64,000 nucleotides of DNA from Candidatus Bathyarchaeia archaeon (GTDB lineage: Archaea; Thermoproteota; Bathyarchaeia; Bathyarchaeales; Bathycorpusculaceae), in contig JAWAZC010000003.1 in assembly GCA_038817995.1 (NCBI GenBank), positions 1,664 to 65,663 of the forward strand, in the 5' to 3' direction. Of the stretch, positions 35,978-45,347 are shown piece after piece. The position numbers and the translations under genes are program-made. Numbering within the stretch: position 1 is the first letter of the stretch; each line of letters begins with the position of its first letter. The notes under the pieces are model-generated. The model was not told the DNA's origin, made no database searches, and saw only the letters and a program-made list of their open reading frames with translations.

Positions 35978-36633
35978 ACCTACCGGTTCTCATAAAAAAA
36001 GGTGCAGAAGCACACTTGTTCCTTGCAGAGTGGCACGGTAGAAAAGTCGTGTTGAAAAAACGCTTACCCAAAAAATACAGGACGCCAATTCTGGACAGAC
36101 AAATTCGAACTTATAGAACCATTCATGAAGCTCAATTAATACACGAGGCGAAAAGGGCTGGTGTGCCCACACCAACATTATTCTTTGTTGACGTGAAAAA
36201 CTCCATAATCGTAATGGAGCTCATTGAAGGCAAACAACTGAAACAGTTGTTTAATGAAATCTCCGACGAGTATAGAAAGCAATTATGTCGCAAAGTTGGC
36301 GAATTAATTGGAAAGCTCCACAAACACGGAATCGTTCACGGAGACTTGACAACCTCAAACATGATTCAAGCGTATGATGGAAAAATCTACTTTGTGGATT
36401 TTGGATTGGGCGAAAAAACAAGGGAGCTTGAAGCAAAAGGCGTTGATCTGCATTTAATGAAAAGAGCGTTGCAAAGCACTCATTACAAGTTTGCAGAGGA
36501 ATGTTTCAAAAGCGTGATTGAAGGATACTCAGGCGTTTTAGACACCGAAACGGTGAAAAATGTTTTAGACAAAGTCGATGAAATAGAAAGGAGAGGCCGA
36601 TACATAGTTGAAAGAAGTCAAAGAAAAACGTGA
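35965..36633 (+). CDS. bud32: KEOPS kinase/ATPase Bud32
   Basis: GAEAHLF..., VLKKRLPKKYR, and catalytic-loop HGDLTTSNM, DFGLG. Separate ORF overlapping kae1 by 13 nt. Confidence 0.9.
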   Translation: MGEVNLPVLIKKGAEAHLFLAEWHGRKVVLKKRLPKKYRTPILDRQIRTYRTIHEAQLIHEAKRAGVPTPTLFFVDVKNSIIVMELIEGKQLKQLFNEISDEYRKQLCRKVGELIGKLHKHGIVHGDLTTSNMIQAYDGKIYFVDFGLGEKTRELEAKGVDLHLMKRALQSTHYKFAEECFKSVIEGYSGVLDTETVKNVLDKVDEIERRGRYIVERSQRKT

Positions 36634-37231
36634 GCCAACAGATTTCCCTTTAAAGGGAAAAGTTGTATTTTTTGCCACGAACAACATTCACAAGTTCGAT
36701 GAGGCGCGCAAGGTCTTAAATCGATACAGAATAGCTGTTGGCATGTTAAAGGTGAAAACTCTTGAAATTCAAAGCGAAAGCCTAGAAGAAATCGCGAAAA
36801 CAAGCGCTATCCACGCTTTCCAACAGTGCCAACTTCCAATAATCGTTGAGGACGCCGGCTTATTCATAGAAGCCCTAAACGGTTTCCCGGGGCCCTATGC
36901 CGCATATGTCTACAAAACCATCGGAAATGAAGGCTTGCTAAAGCTTATGAAGGATGTTGCCAACAGAAAAGCCCGCTTCCAGTCGGTGGTTGCCTACTTT
37001 TCCGAAGAGTTGGATGCACCAGTCTGTTTTAAAGGAGAAGTTTCTGGGGAGATAACGGAGGACGTTCGAATAGGGCATTCAGGTTTCGGTTTTGACCCAA
37101 TTTTCAAGCCTTCTGACAGCGATAAAACTTTTGCTGAAATGGGCATAGATGAAAAAAACAAGCATTCACACAGAGCTAAAGCCTTCCGTAAATTTGCAAG
37201 ATGGTATAAAGGCTTAAAAGATGAGAAGTAA
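36608..37231 (+). CDS. rdgB: Non-canonical purine NTP pyrophosphatase (HAM1/RdgB family)
   Basis: VFFATNNIHKFDEA, EDAGLFIEALNGFPGPY, GFGFDPIF and SHRAKA motifs. TTG start overlapping the bud32 3' end. Confidence 0.85.
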   Translation: MKEVKEKREPTDFPLKGKVVFFATNNIHKFDEARKVLNRYRIAVGMLKVKTLEIQSESLEEIAKTSAIHAFQQCQLPIIVEDAGLFIEALNGFPGPYAAYVYKTIGNEGLLKLMKDVANRKARFQSVVAYFSEELDAPVCFKGEVSGEITEDVRIGHSGFGFDPIFKPSDSDKTFAEMGIDEKNKHSHRAKAFRKFARWYKGLKDEK

Positions 37232-37261
37232 ACTGTAAAGGTTCGTGGAGGTTTCCCTTCG

Positions 37262-37801
37262 TTGAGCGAAAAACAAGTTAGTATTCCAAGGGAAGTTGTG
37301 ATAGCGCCAAACGAAAAGGTCCTCATGGTTCTAGAGAGGCATTACATTTCGTATGCAACAATAGCAACCACAAGCCTCATAGTAATATGGGTTATTACAG
37401 CTGGCGCGACTTTCGCGGCACCGCCTGAATACGGTTGGATTGTGTTTCCAATACAAGTGTTCGTGTTTCCAGTTCTTCCAGTTCTAGTTTACGGTTTGGG
37501 CTACATCTACGTTAAGGGACACCGCTATATAATCACAAACGAGCGGATAATAATGTTCAGAAAATTTATTGGAATCTTAATGAGGACAGTTACCCACGAC
37601 AAGATCACGGACATAATTGTGAATCAAGGCCCTATAGGGAGGCTCCTCAACTACGGTAGAGTGTCGCCGATCACGGCTGGCATGATCATGCCTATGGGAG
37701 CCACCATATTCTCGATTTCTGGTGTTAAAAACCCCTACGAGGTTAGGGATACCATTGCAAAGCTTGTGGAGGAATTCAAGCAGAAGGGTGCAGAAAGCTG
37801 A
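37262..37801 (+). CDS. Membrane-anchored bacterial-type PH (bPH_2/YdbS-like) domain protein, copy 1
   Basis: Two TM helices, then GHRYIITNERIIMFRKFIG...THDKITDIIVNQGPIGRLLNYGRV. Confidence 0.65.
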   Translation: MSEKQVSIPREVVIAPNEKVLMVLERHYISYATIATTSLIVIWVITAGATFAAPPEYGWIVFPIQVFVFPVLPVLVYGLGYIYVKGHRYIITNERIIMFRKFIGILMRTVTHDKITDIIVNQGPIGRLLNYGRVSPITAGMIMPMGATIFSISGVKNPYEVRDTIAKLVEEFKQKGAES

Positions 37802-38376
37802 TGGAGGCAGCAGAACTCACCCAAAAGTACGTGTCGTTGCACCGAGATGAAAAAGTTTTGATGACACTGCAAAGACGCTATCCTTCTATATTTTCATCTA
37901 TTCTGTCAACCATCGTATTCATGATTTTCGTGTATTGGTGGTCTATTTTCCGCTATATCACCCAATACTCAAGCTTTCTGATGGAAGCATTGTTCACGCT
38001 CCTTTATGCGCTAATAGTTGTTATTGCTGGCATTTTCATTATAATGGCGCTTGTAGGCTACTTTTACGTTAAGGGACACCTTTACATTCTAACCGATAAA
38101 CGCATCATCATGTTCAGAAAGTTCATCACAGTGTCAGTTAGAGAACTCACATACAACGAAATAACCGACATAGTTGTCAATCAAGGGCCCATCGCCAGAT
38201 GGTTGAACTATGGCTCCGTAATACCGCTGAGCCCTGGGGTTAGGGGACCATACGCTCTGCCATACCCCTATGTTAGAAGGGCTTCTTATGCTAGGGTTGA
38301 ATTGAAGGACATTAACAACCCAATGAAAGTTGCAGGCGAACTGTTTAACTTAGCGCGCATTCAAAGTTTAGGCTGA
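37801..38376 (+). CDS. Membrane-anchored bacterial-type PH (bPH_2/YdbS-like) domain protein, copy 2 (tandem paralog)
   Basis: Same layout as copy 1: GHLYILTDKRIIMFRKFIT...TYNEITDIVVNQGPIARWLNYGSV. The start overlaps the copy 1 stop (TGATG). Confidence 0.65.
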   Translation: MEAAELTQKYVSLHRDEKVLMTLQRRYPSIFSSILSTIVFMIFVYWWSIFRYITQYSSFLMEALFTLLYALIVVIAGIFIIMALVGYFYVKGHLYILTDKRIIMFRKFITVSVRELTYNEITDIVVNQGPIARWLNYGSVIPLSPGVRGPYALPYPYVRRASYARVELKDINNPMKVAGELFNLARIQSLG

Positions 38377-38442
38377 AAGTTTAAATCGAAGGTCTTAAAT
38401 ATCCGTCTATCCTCGCTTTCACAAAGCTTAGACGGGGTATAC

Positions 38443-38883
38443 ATGCCAAAACAAGAAAAGGGGAAATCCCACTCAACCAGACCGGTTAGCAAGCGCCCTC
38501 CAAGCTGGTGCAAGTATCAGCCCGAAGAAGTAGAAGCGCTTGTCATTAAACTTGCCAGAGAGGGACACCCCCCAAGCCGCATAGGCACCATTCTCAGAGA
38601 CCAGTACGCTATTCCGCTTGTTAAACCGTTAACTGGAAAAACCATAACCCAAATCCTTAAAGAAGCTGGACTTGCCCCATCCATACCTGAAGACCTTGAA
38701 AACTTGCTAAAAAAGGCCGCGAGACTTTCAGCCCACCTTGAAAAGCACAGAAAAGACGTGCACAACAAAAGGGCTTTGCAGCTTGTTGAAGCCAAGATCC
38801 ACAGACTCGTAGAGTATTATAAGCAGGAGGGCGTTTTGCCTTCCGACTGGAAGTATGAACCAAAAGCTGCCTCAATAGCGTAG
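38443..38883 (+). CDS. rps15: Ribosomal protein uS15 (S15P/S13e)
   Basis: KGKSHSTRP...PSWCKY.PEEVEALV.KLAREG.PPS.IG..LRDQY.IP has the typical archaeal S15 N-terminal extension plus the S15 core. Confidence 0.9.
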   Translation: MPKQEKGKSHSTRPVSKRPPSWCKYQPEEVEALVIKLAREGHPPSRIGTILRDQYAIPLVKPLTGKTITQILKEAGLAPSIPEDLENLLKKAARLSAHLEKHRKDVHNKRALQLVEAKIHRLVEYYKQEGVLPSDWKYEPKAASIA

Positions 38884-38940
38884 CAATTAAATCCTAAAAC
38901 ATATTGAACTTTTCAATAAACTGAGAATACTGTGGTGTGA

Positions 38941-40386
38941 ATGGAGCTTAATAGGCAGGTAGCTGGTTTTTTCGAAGGTGTATCGAAAGCAGCTGATGCC
39001 ATCCAAGAAGCCGTAAAAGAGGATCGATACATTTACGTTTTTTCACATTTGGACGCTGATGGGATAGCTGCCGCTGGGATTATCGGTAAAGCTTTACATC
39101 GTCTTGATGCGAGATTCCGAATTAGGATAACCCAGTGGGTTGACGAGAAAATTGTGAACGAGATAGTTGAGGAAAAACCTCAAATGGTTATTTTCGCAGA
39201 CCTGGGAAGCGATTACGCGCTTCTGCTAAGGCAGAAAGCTCCAGAAATCAAAATTGTCGTCTTAGACCATCATCAAATCGGCGGAGACCTCGGCGATTTC
39301 CCACTTGTCAACCCTCACATTTACGGGATTGACGGGGCGCGAGACGTAAGCAGTTCAGGAATAGCCTATTTCGTGGCTAGAGCCGTTGACAGTGTAAACA
39401 TGGATTTAGCGCCCATAGCTGTTGTAGGCGCCCTTGGAGACCTGCAGGACAAATACGACCAGCGAAGCCTCGGCGGCTTAAACGGGAAAATAGTTGAAGA
39501 CGCCAAAAACCAAGGACTGTTAACTGTTGAGAAGGATTTGATATTTTTTGGGAGAGAAACACGCCCAGTCCACAAGGCTTTGGCATCCACAACAAACCCG
39601 TTTATTCCGGGAATAAGTGGGGACGAAGGCAAAAGTTTCGCGTTTTTAGACAGCCTAGGGATTAAAATAAAAGTAGATGACAGGTGGCGAGCTTTAAGGG
39701 ATCTAACAGAAGAGGAGAAAAGAAAGCTTTGCTCAGCCCTTGCGGACTATCTAGTTTCAAAGGGGCTTCACTATGAAGTGTTAAATTTAATAGGACATGT
39801 TTATACATTAACTCGCGAGGACTCGTGGACGCCGCTTCGTGACGCAAGGGAATTTGCCGTTTTGTTAAATGCAACCGGACGAATGGATAAACCAGGAGTA
39901 GGCGTCGCGATATGCATGGGCGACAGAGGCGCAACCCTTGAAGAAGCGAACAAGATCCTTGAAGAGTACCGGCGAACCATCAATAAATACCTTGAATGGG
40001 TCATGGAGGAGCCTGGACGCTTGAAGGAGCTAGACAACATATACGTTGTTTACGGTGGAGATCGAATAGACGATAAAATGGTTGGAGCTCTATCCTCCAT
40101 CCTCTCAACTTCGCTGCCCAATCCCGAAAAGCCTCTAATTGCTTGTGCAGACGTAAAGGAGGAGGGTTTGGTGAAGGTTTCCGCCAGAACCGTGGATTCC
40201 GTTGTTGCAAAAGGCGTTAACCTAGGTGAAATAATGCAGATAGCTGCTGAAAAGTGTCTTGGAAAAGGTGGAGGCCACGATGTTGCAGCGGGAGCACAAA
40301 TACCAACAGAAAGCGTGGAGGTTTTCATCAAACTGGTCAACGAGCTTGTCGGGAAACGGTTGGCTGGTGGGAAAGTTGGAAGCTGA
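38941..40386 (+). CDS. recJ: DHH/DHHA1 family RecJ-like nuclease (archaeal GAN/RecJ/Cdc45 homolog)
   Basis: DHH motifs appear intact: HLDADGIAA (motif I), FADLGSD (II), VVLDHHQ (III), and DHHA1 GKGGGHDVAAGA (GGGH). Confidence 0.8.
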   Translation: MELNRQVAGFFEGVSKAADAIQEAVKEDRYIYVFSHLDADGIAAAGIIGKALHRLDARFRIRITQWVDEKIVNEIVEEKPQMVIFADLGSDYALLLRQKAPEIKIVVLDHHQIGGDLGDFPLVNPHIYGIDGARDVSSSGIAYFVARAVDSVNMDLAPIAVVGALGDLQDKYDQRSLGGLNGKIVEDAKNQGLLTVEKDLIFFGRETRPVHKALASTTNPFIPGISGDEGKSFAFLDSLGIKIKVDDRWRALRDLTEEEKRKLCSALADYLVSKGLHYEVLNLIGHVYTLTREDSWTPLRDAREFAVLLNATGRMDKPGVGVAICMGDRGATLEEANKILEEYRRTINKYLEWVMEEPGRLKELDNIYVVYGGDRIDDKMVGALSSILSTSLPNPEKPLIACADVKEEGLVKVSARTVDSVVAKGVNLGEIMQIAAEKCLGKGGGHDVAAGAQIPTESVEVFIKLVNELVGKRLAGGKVGS

Positions 40387-40624
40387 AATCACAATAATTT
40401 ATGAAAATGAAAAGAAAGCGAAGGCTGTTGCGGAGGCAGTCTCTCCGGACAATTTTAAGGTGCCTGCTGGCTTGTATGTGAAAACTGAGCAAAGAGGCTC
40501 CGTTGTCTGGACAAGTATAAGATGTGGTAGGGGACTTCGGACATTTATAGCAACAATTGACGATTTGCTTTTCGCTATCTCAATAGCAGAGAAAACTTTA
40601 AAGATCGCACAGAAACTTGAATAG
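40367..40624 (+). CDS. pcc1: KEOPS subunit Pcc1
   Basis: KLEAEITIIYENEKKAKAVAEAVSPDN...RCGRGLRTFIATIDDLLFAISIAEKTL matches the Pcc1/CTAG family pattern. The likely GTG (40367) or TTG (40376) start overlaps the recJ-like 3' end. The track ORF (from 40259) is over-extended. Confidence 0.7.
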   Translation: MGKLEAEITIIYENEKKAKAVAEAVSPDNFKVPAGLYVKTEQRGSVVWTSIRCGRGLRTFIATIDDLLFAISIAEKTLKIAQKLE

Positions 40625-40673
40625 GACGTATACGCCTTTTGACAAGCAAGAAACAGCGAGGCGAACTGCGAAC

Positions 40674-41963
40674 ATGCTGGACATAAAACTTATCAGAGAA
40701 AAACCCGAATTTGTCAGAGAAAACCTTGCAAAAAGGGGCGACCCGGAATATCTGAAGATGCTGGACGCGCTTATTGAATGCGATAGGCTTTGGCGCCAAA
40801 ATCTAACAAAGCTTAACGAGCTTCGCCGAGAAAGAAACCGTATAACGGCCGAAATTGCATCCTTGAAGAAGAAAGGGGAGGACGTTTCAGCAGTTGTTTC
40901 AAGGGCTAAAGCGGTTGATGAAGAAATCACTACGCTAGAGAAACTCGTGGCTGATTATGAGGAAAAAGTGCGCAATTATCTGATGATGATGCCAAACCTT
41001 TTGCACGAGTCAGTTCCAATAGGCAAAGACGAAAACGATAATGTCGTTGTCAAAACGTGGGGAGAACTGCCTAAATTCAACTTCCCACCGAAAGACCACA
41101 TAGAATTAGGCTTAAAATTAGACATTATGGACATTGAAAGGGCTGGAAAAATAGCTGGCGCCAGGTTCTTTTATCTGAAAAATGAAGGCGTCTTGTTAGA
41201 CATGGCTCTAATGAACTTCGCCCTAGAGGAAATGATTAAGAAGGGTTATACACCCATAGAACCCCCCTTCCTTATGAGACGTAAACCCTATGAGGGCGTT
41301 ATAGCCCTAAGCGACTTTGAAAACGATTTATACAAGATTGATGGCGAGGATTTGTATTTGATTGCAACTTCGGAGCATCCAATGGCAGCCATGTTTATGG
41401 ATGAAGTTCTGAAGGCTGAGGATCTCCCCATAAAGTTTGTTGGAATAAGCACAAACTTTAGGAAAGAGGCGGGAGCCCATGGCAGGGATACCCGGGGAAT
41501 TTTCCGCACTCACCAGTTCAACAAGGTCGAACAATTCGTGTTCTGTAAGCCAGAGGACTCTTGGAAAATCCATGAGGAGCTCTTGAAAAATGCTGAGGAA
41601 CTTGTGCAGAAGTTGGGCTTGCCCTACCGGGTTGTTAACGTTTGCACTGGAGACATTGGAAAAGTTGCCGCCAAAAAATATGACATAGAAGCGTGGATGC
41701 CAGCCCAAAATGCGTATAGAGAGATAATTTCTTGTAGCAACTGCACCGACTACCAGGCGAGGAGGCTTAACATCCGTTATAGGGAGAGGGAAGGGGAACC
41801 CCCAAAGGGCTTTGTACATACTTTAAACTCAACGGCACTAGCCACTGGGAGAACGATAGTCGCCATACTGGAAAACTATCAACAGGAAGACGGTTCGGTG
41901 GTTGTCCCGGAAGTTTTGAGGAAATATATGATGGGCATAGAAAAAATTTCCCCAAAAAAGTAA
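40674..41963 (+). CDS. serS: Serine--tRNA ligase
   Basis: MLDIKLIREKPEFVRENL (canonical N-terminus at the internal ATG 40674), coiled-coil arm, and class II motifs (FRKEAGAHGRDTRGIFRTHQF, TLNSTALATGRT). Confidence 0.95.
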   Translation: MLDIKLIREKPEFVRENLAKRGDPEYLKMLDALIECDRLWRQNLTKLNELRRERNRITAEIASLKKKGEDVSAVVSRAKAVDEEITTLEKLVADYEEKVRNYLMMMPNLLHESVPIGKDENDNVVVKTWGELPKFNFPPKDHIELGLKLDIMDIERAGKIAGARFFYLKNEGVLLDMALMNFALEEMIKKGYTPIEPPFLMRRKPYEGVIALSDFENDLYKIDGEDLYLIATSEHPMAAMFMDEVLKAEDLPIKFVGISTNFRKEAGAHGRDTRGIFRTHQFNKVEQFVFCKPEDSWKIHEELLKNAEELVQKLGLPYRVVNVCTGDIGKVAAKKYDIEAWMPAQNAYREIISCSNCTDYQARRLNIRYREREGEPPKGFVHTLNSTALATGRTIVAILENYQQEDGSVVVPEVLRKYMMGIEKISPKK

Positions 41964-42011
41964 AGTTTAATACCTTACGATGAAACTTTTCCTCGCTAAC
42001 GGAGGGCTGTT

Positions 42012-42638
42012 GTGTCTGCGAAAAAGGTTCGGGACAAGTGGCGCAGCAAAGTATGGTATACAGTGCTGGCTCCACCATACTTTGGAAATGTGGAGCTCGG
42101 TTCAATCCCCGCTGACGAGCCTGCAAAACTTCTTGGAAGAGTTATCGAGGCAACCCTTTATGATATCACGGGAGATTTTGCCCATCAATACATGAAAATC
42201 TACTTTCAAATAGTGAAAGTTGAGGGAAAAACAGCTCACACCATGTTCAAGGGACACGAGTATTCGAGAGACTACTTGCGAAGCCTTGTGCGCAGAAGAA
42301 CAACAAAAGTTGACGGCATATTCAACGTAAACACAAAAGATGGATACAAACTGAGAGTCGCTGTGTGCGCGTTTACTCTTTCAAGAATTAAAACTTCACA
42401 GGAAACAGCGATCCGCAAAATTATGGCAAAAATTGTTGATGAGAAAAGTAAAGCCCTTACATTGGATCAGTTTGCCCAAGAAATGGTTCTCGGAAAAATC
42501 GCTTCAGACGTTTACAATGAAGCGAAAAAAATTGTTCCACTACGGCATGTCGGCGTTAGAAAATCAAAGCTTTTAACGCCATTAGTTCAGCTGCAAGCGC
42601 AAGCACAGATACCAGTGCCGGAAGTAGAGCAACGCTAA
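42012..42638 (+). CDS. rps3ae: Ribosomal protein eS1 (S3Ae)
   Basis: KKVRDKWRSKVWYTVLAPPYFG... is the typical S3Ae N-terminus. GTG start. Confidence 0.9.
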   Translation: MSAKKVRDKWRSKVWYTVLAPPYFGNVELGSIPADEPAKLLGRVIEATLYDITGDFAHQYMKIYFQIVKVEGKTAHTMFKGHEYSRDYLRSLVRRRTTKVDGIFNVNTKDGYKLRVAVCAFTLSRIKTSQETAIRKIMAKIVDEKSKALTLDQFAQEMVLGKIASDVYNEAKKIVPLRHVGVRKSKLLTPLVQLQAQAQIPVPEVEQR

Positions 42639-42753
42639 CCCCCGACGGGTCTGTTGCATCCACATTCACGCGATCGAACTTTTCTAACCGATTGCGTAAT
42701 ATAAGGCCCCGGATAAGTACCTTTGCGTAGGCATAGCTAACCATGAGTGAGGA

Positions 42754-43785
42754 ATGTTGATGGACAACGAAATTAAAGTTGTATTGTACGGTGTTGGTGC
42801 TATAGGCAGTTTAATTGCCAAGGCTATGTTGGAAAGACAAGGCTTGAAAATTGTTGGCGCCGTGGATGTGGCAAAGGACAAAGCTGGTAGAGATTTAGGC
42901 GAAGTGTTGGGTTCAAGGGAAAAACTCGGCGTCAAAGTTTACGCCAACATTGACGAACTTTTCCCCGCAGTGGAGGCGGATATAGCCGTCCATGCAACCT
43001 CTTCCTATCTCAGGGATGCCTACCCGCAAATAGCCTCCCTCGTAAAACACGGTGTAAACGTTATATCCACATGCGAGGAATTAGCCTACCCATACTTTTC
43101 AGAGCCCGAAATTGCAAGAAAACTGGATGCCCTAGCCAAAAAGCATGACGTTACAGTTCTAGGCACGGGCATAAATCCGGGTTTTCTGATGGACACCCTT
43201 GTGATCACCTTGACTGCGGTGTGCCAGAAAATAGAGAAAATTGAAGCATTTAGGGTTATGAATGCCGCTACGAGGCGATTGCCTTTTCAGAAAAAGATTG
43301 GAGCAGGGTTAACGGTTGAAGAGTTTAGACAGAAAATCAAAATTAGGCAGATTACGGGGCACGTGGGCCTTGAACAGTCCATAGCAATGATAGCGGATGC
43401 TTTAGCATGGAAACTTGACAGGATAAAGGCTGAGCCTGTTGAGCCGGTGATTGCAAAAGAACCCGTCAGTAGCGAGGCTATACAAGTTGAAGCCGGAAAA
43501 GTGGCTGGTTTAAGACAGGTGGCGAAAGGGTTTATTAAAGATAGAGAAGTTATAGTCCTAGATTTTCAAGCCTACATCGGTGCTGAGGAAGAATACGACG
43601 CCATAACAATTACAGGCGTGCCAACGGTCAGACAGAAAATACAACCATGCATTCACGGAGACATAGGCACCGTTGCAATCGTCATAAACGTTATTCCAAA
43701 AGTGCTAAACACCCCGGCCGGCTTGCTTACTATGAAGGACTTGCCAGTTCCATCAGCCATGTTAGGGACTTGCGGAAATACTTGA
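42754..43785 (+). CDS. NAD(P)-dependent DapB-like oxidoreductase (2,4-diaminopentanoate dehydrogenase / native amine dehydrogenase-like family)
   Basis: Rossmann N-terminus VVLYGVGAIGSLIA, and the GTGINPGF motif typical of the DapB-like amine dehydrogenase group. Substrate unknown. Confidence 0.6.
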   Translation: MLMDNEIKVVLYGVGAIGSLIAKAMLERQGLKIVGAVDVAKDKAGRDLGEVLGSREKLGVKVYANIDELFPAVEADIAVHATSSYLRDAYPQIASLVKHGVNVISTCEELAYPYFSEPEIARKLDALAKKHDVTVLGTGINPGFLMDTLVITLTAVCQKIEKIEAFRVMNAATRRLPFQKKIGAGLTVEEFRQKIKIRQITGHVGLEQSIAMIADALAWKLDRIKAEPVEPVIAKEPVSSEAIQVEAGKVAGLRQVAKGFIKDREVIVLDFQAYIGAEEEYDAITITGVPTVRQKIQPCIHGDIGTVAIVINVIPKVLNTPAGLLTMKDLPVPSAMLGTCGNT

Positions 43786-43862
43786 AGATTTAGCTTGTTC
43801 ATAGCGCGCATAAACTGGATAAAGTTAAAACTTTAAAATACTTATAACGGCTTGTTGTACTC

Positions 43863-44324
43863 ATGGTGTTGATAATTATGAAACACGTTCATGAGAAGGG
43901 AGATTTATCCATTGAAAGATTAATTGCTGAAGTGAAAAGCAAACCCGATTTCCATAAGGCTGGGGCTATAGCAATTTTTGTTGGAATTGTCCGTGGAGAA
44001 AACCCAAACGGCGAAAAAGTCCAAAAGCTTGAGGTTGAAGCCTACGAAGAAAAGGCTGACGAGGTCTTATCGGAAATTTGCCGAGATTTAAAGGCAAGAA
44101 AGGGCATTGTGGACGTTCAAATTCACCATTTCTTCGGCAAATTCAATGTTGGCGAAGACCTCGTGTATGTTTTGGTTGCGGGTGACCACAGAGATAACGT
44201 CTTTCCAGTCTTAAAAGAGGCTGTTGAAAGGTATAAAAATGAGGCTCCGATATTTAAGAAAGAGTACGTTATTACGAAGGAAGGGAGCATGAAATCTTAC
44301 TGGGTTGCTGAGAGAGAATTTTGA
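43863..44324 (+). CDS. moaE: Molybdopterin synthase catalytic subunit MoaE
   Basis: GAIAIFVGIVRGEN..., LEVEAYEEKA, VAGDHRDNVF and APIFKKEY motifs. Confidence 0.85.
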   Translation: MVLIIMKHVHEKGDLSIERLIAEVKSKPDFHKAGAIAIFVGIVRGENPNGEKVQKLEVEAYEEKADEVLSEICRDLKARKGIVDVQIHHFFGKFNVGEDLVYVLVAGDHRDNVFPVLKEAVERYKNEAPIFKKEYVITKEGSMKSYWVAEREF

Positions 44325-44365
44325 TTAAAATTGGAAAAGTGTTATTAAGTGTTCCATGAAACTAT

Positions 44366-45055
44366 GTGGAGTGGTGGGATAAAGTTTTGGAGAGCAAAAG
44401 TTACACTTGGTTTGAGAGGAGGCGAAGGGCGAAAGCCCTTGACTTGGCGCAGGAACAGATAACAAAAGCCCTTGACACTGTGACGCTTCTTCATCAAGCC
44501 ATGCAAAAGATGGTTGAAAACAAAAAGAAAGAGGCGATGCAACATATAGACAACATTTTCAAGGTTGAGAAAGAAGTTGACAGATTACGCACGGAAGTTT
44601 TCAAGGAACTTTCGAAGGGTGTAGCGCTTTTCGCGGAATACCGTGAAGACTTAATGCACCTTGTGAAAAGGCTGGACACGCTTGCAGACCACGTGAAGGA
44701 CGCTGCAAGATGCATTAAAATGCTTGAAGAGGCAAAAATACCGAAGGAGTTGTGGGAGAAAACTGCCTGCACAACTGGTTTTCTCGTGGAATGCGCTCAC
44801 GCTTTAAGAGGGAGCATCGAAAAAATAGCGGTTGACTCCACTGGAGCCATAAATGGAGCGAAAAAAGTTGAAGAAATCGAGAAGAAGATAGATGACGAAT
44901 ACTTGGAAACAAAGGCATTGTTCATCAAGTATGCAAACGAGATGGACAGCGGCTCCATAGTTATCTTCGACGACCTTGTAGAGTTTATAGAACATGCTGC
45001 AGACATGTGCGCGGACACAGCCGACTACATTGTGATCCTTGCAAGCAGAGAATAG
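44366..45055 (+). CDS. DUF47 / PhoU-like (TIGR00153-type) helical protein
   Basis: 229 aa, all-helical, with a repeated E(x)nD pattern. Layout resembles the PiT-associated DUF47 family, but no PiT transporter is adjacent. Confidence 0.6.
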   Translation: MEWWDKVLESKSYTWFERRRRAKALDLAQEQITKALDTVTLLHQAMQKMVENKKKEAMQHIDNIFKVEKEVDRLRTEVFKELSKGVALFAEYREDLMHLVKRLDTLADHVKDAARCIKMLEEAKIPKELWEKTACTTGFLVECAHALRGSIEKIAVDSTGAINGAKKVEEIEKKIDDEYLETKALFIKYANEMDSGSIVIFDDLVEFIEHAADMCADTADYIVILASRE

Positions 45056-45074
45056 CTGCATTTTCTACCTTTTG

Positions 45075-45347
45075 TCAGCTGCTTTTGGACATTGCCTTTC
45101 CAAGGGCGAAAGATAAAACTAGAACGAGAAACGTCCCGAAAAGTCCTGCAAGCAATGTTGACACGTAGGGGTTTTCAACCGCTGGCAGCGTGTAGTCTGG
45201 CATTAAACCTCCCCATAATGACTCACTTTCTTCAACGCCAAGCGCTTCAGCCACCGTTTCTAATCCGTCTGGATATGTTGAGGCAAAGGGCAGTAGAACC
45301 GCAAATCCAATTAATATTGATATTAGGGCTTTGATGTAATCCTTCAA
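45075..45347 (-). CDS. PDGLE domain membrane protein (CbiM-associated)
   Basis: Contains the literal PDGLE motif (ASTYPDGLETVAE) between two TM helices. Overlaps the cbiM stop by 4 nt. Confidence 0.7.
   Translation of the reverse strand: MKDYIKALISILIGFAVLLPFASTYPDGLETVAEALGVEESESLWGGLMPDYTLPAVENPYVSTLLAGLFGTFLVLVLSFALGKAMSKSS

Noticed and set aside
40259-40366. N-terminal 36 codons of the 121-aa track ORF
   Set aside because: This part overlaps the well-supported RecJ-like C-terminus (GGGH/DHHA1 region) in another frame and has no Pcc1 similarity. A shorter Pcc1 starting at the GTG/TTG at about 40367-40376 is preferred.
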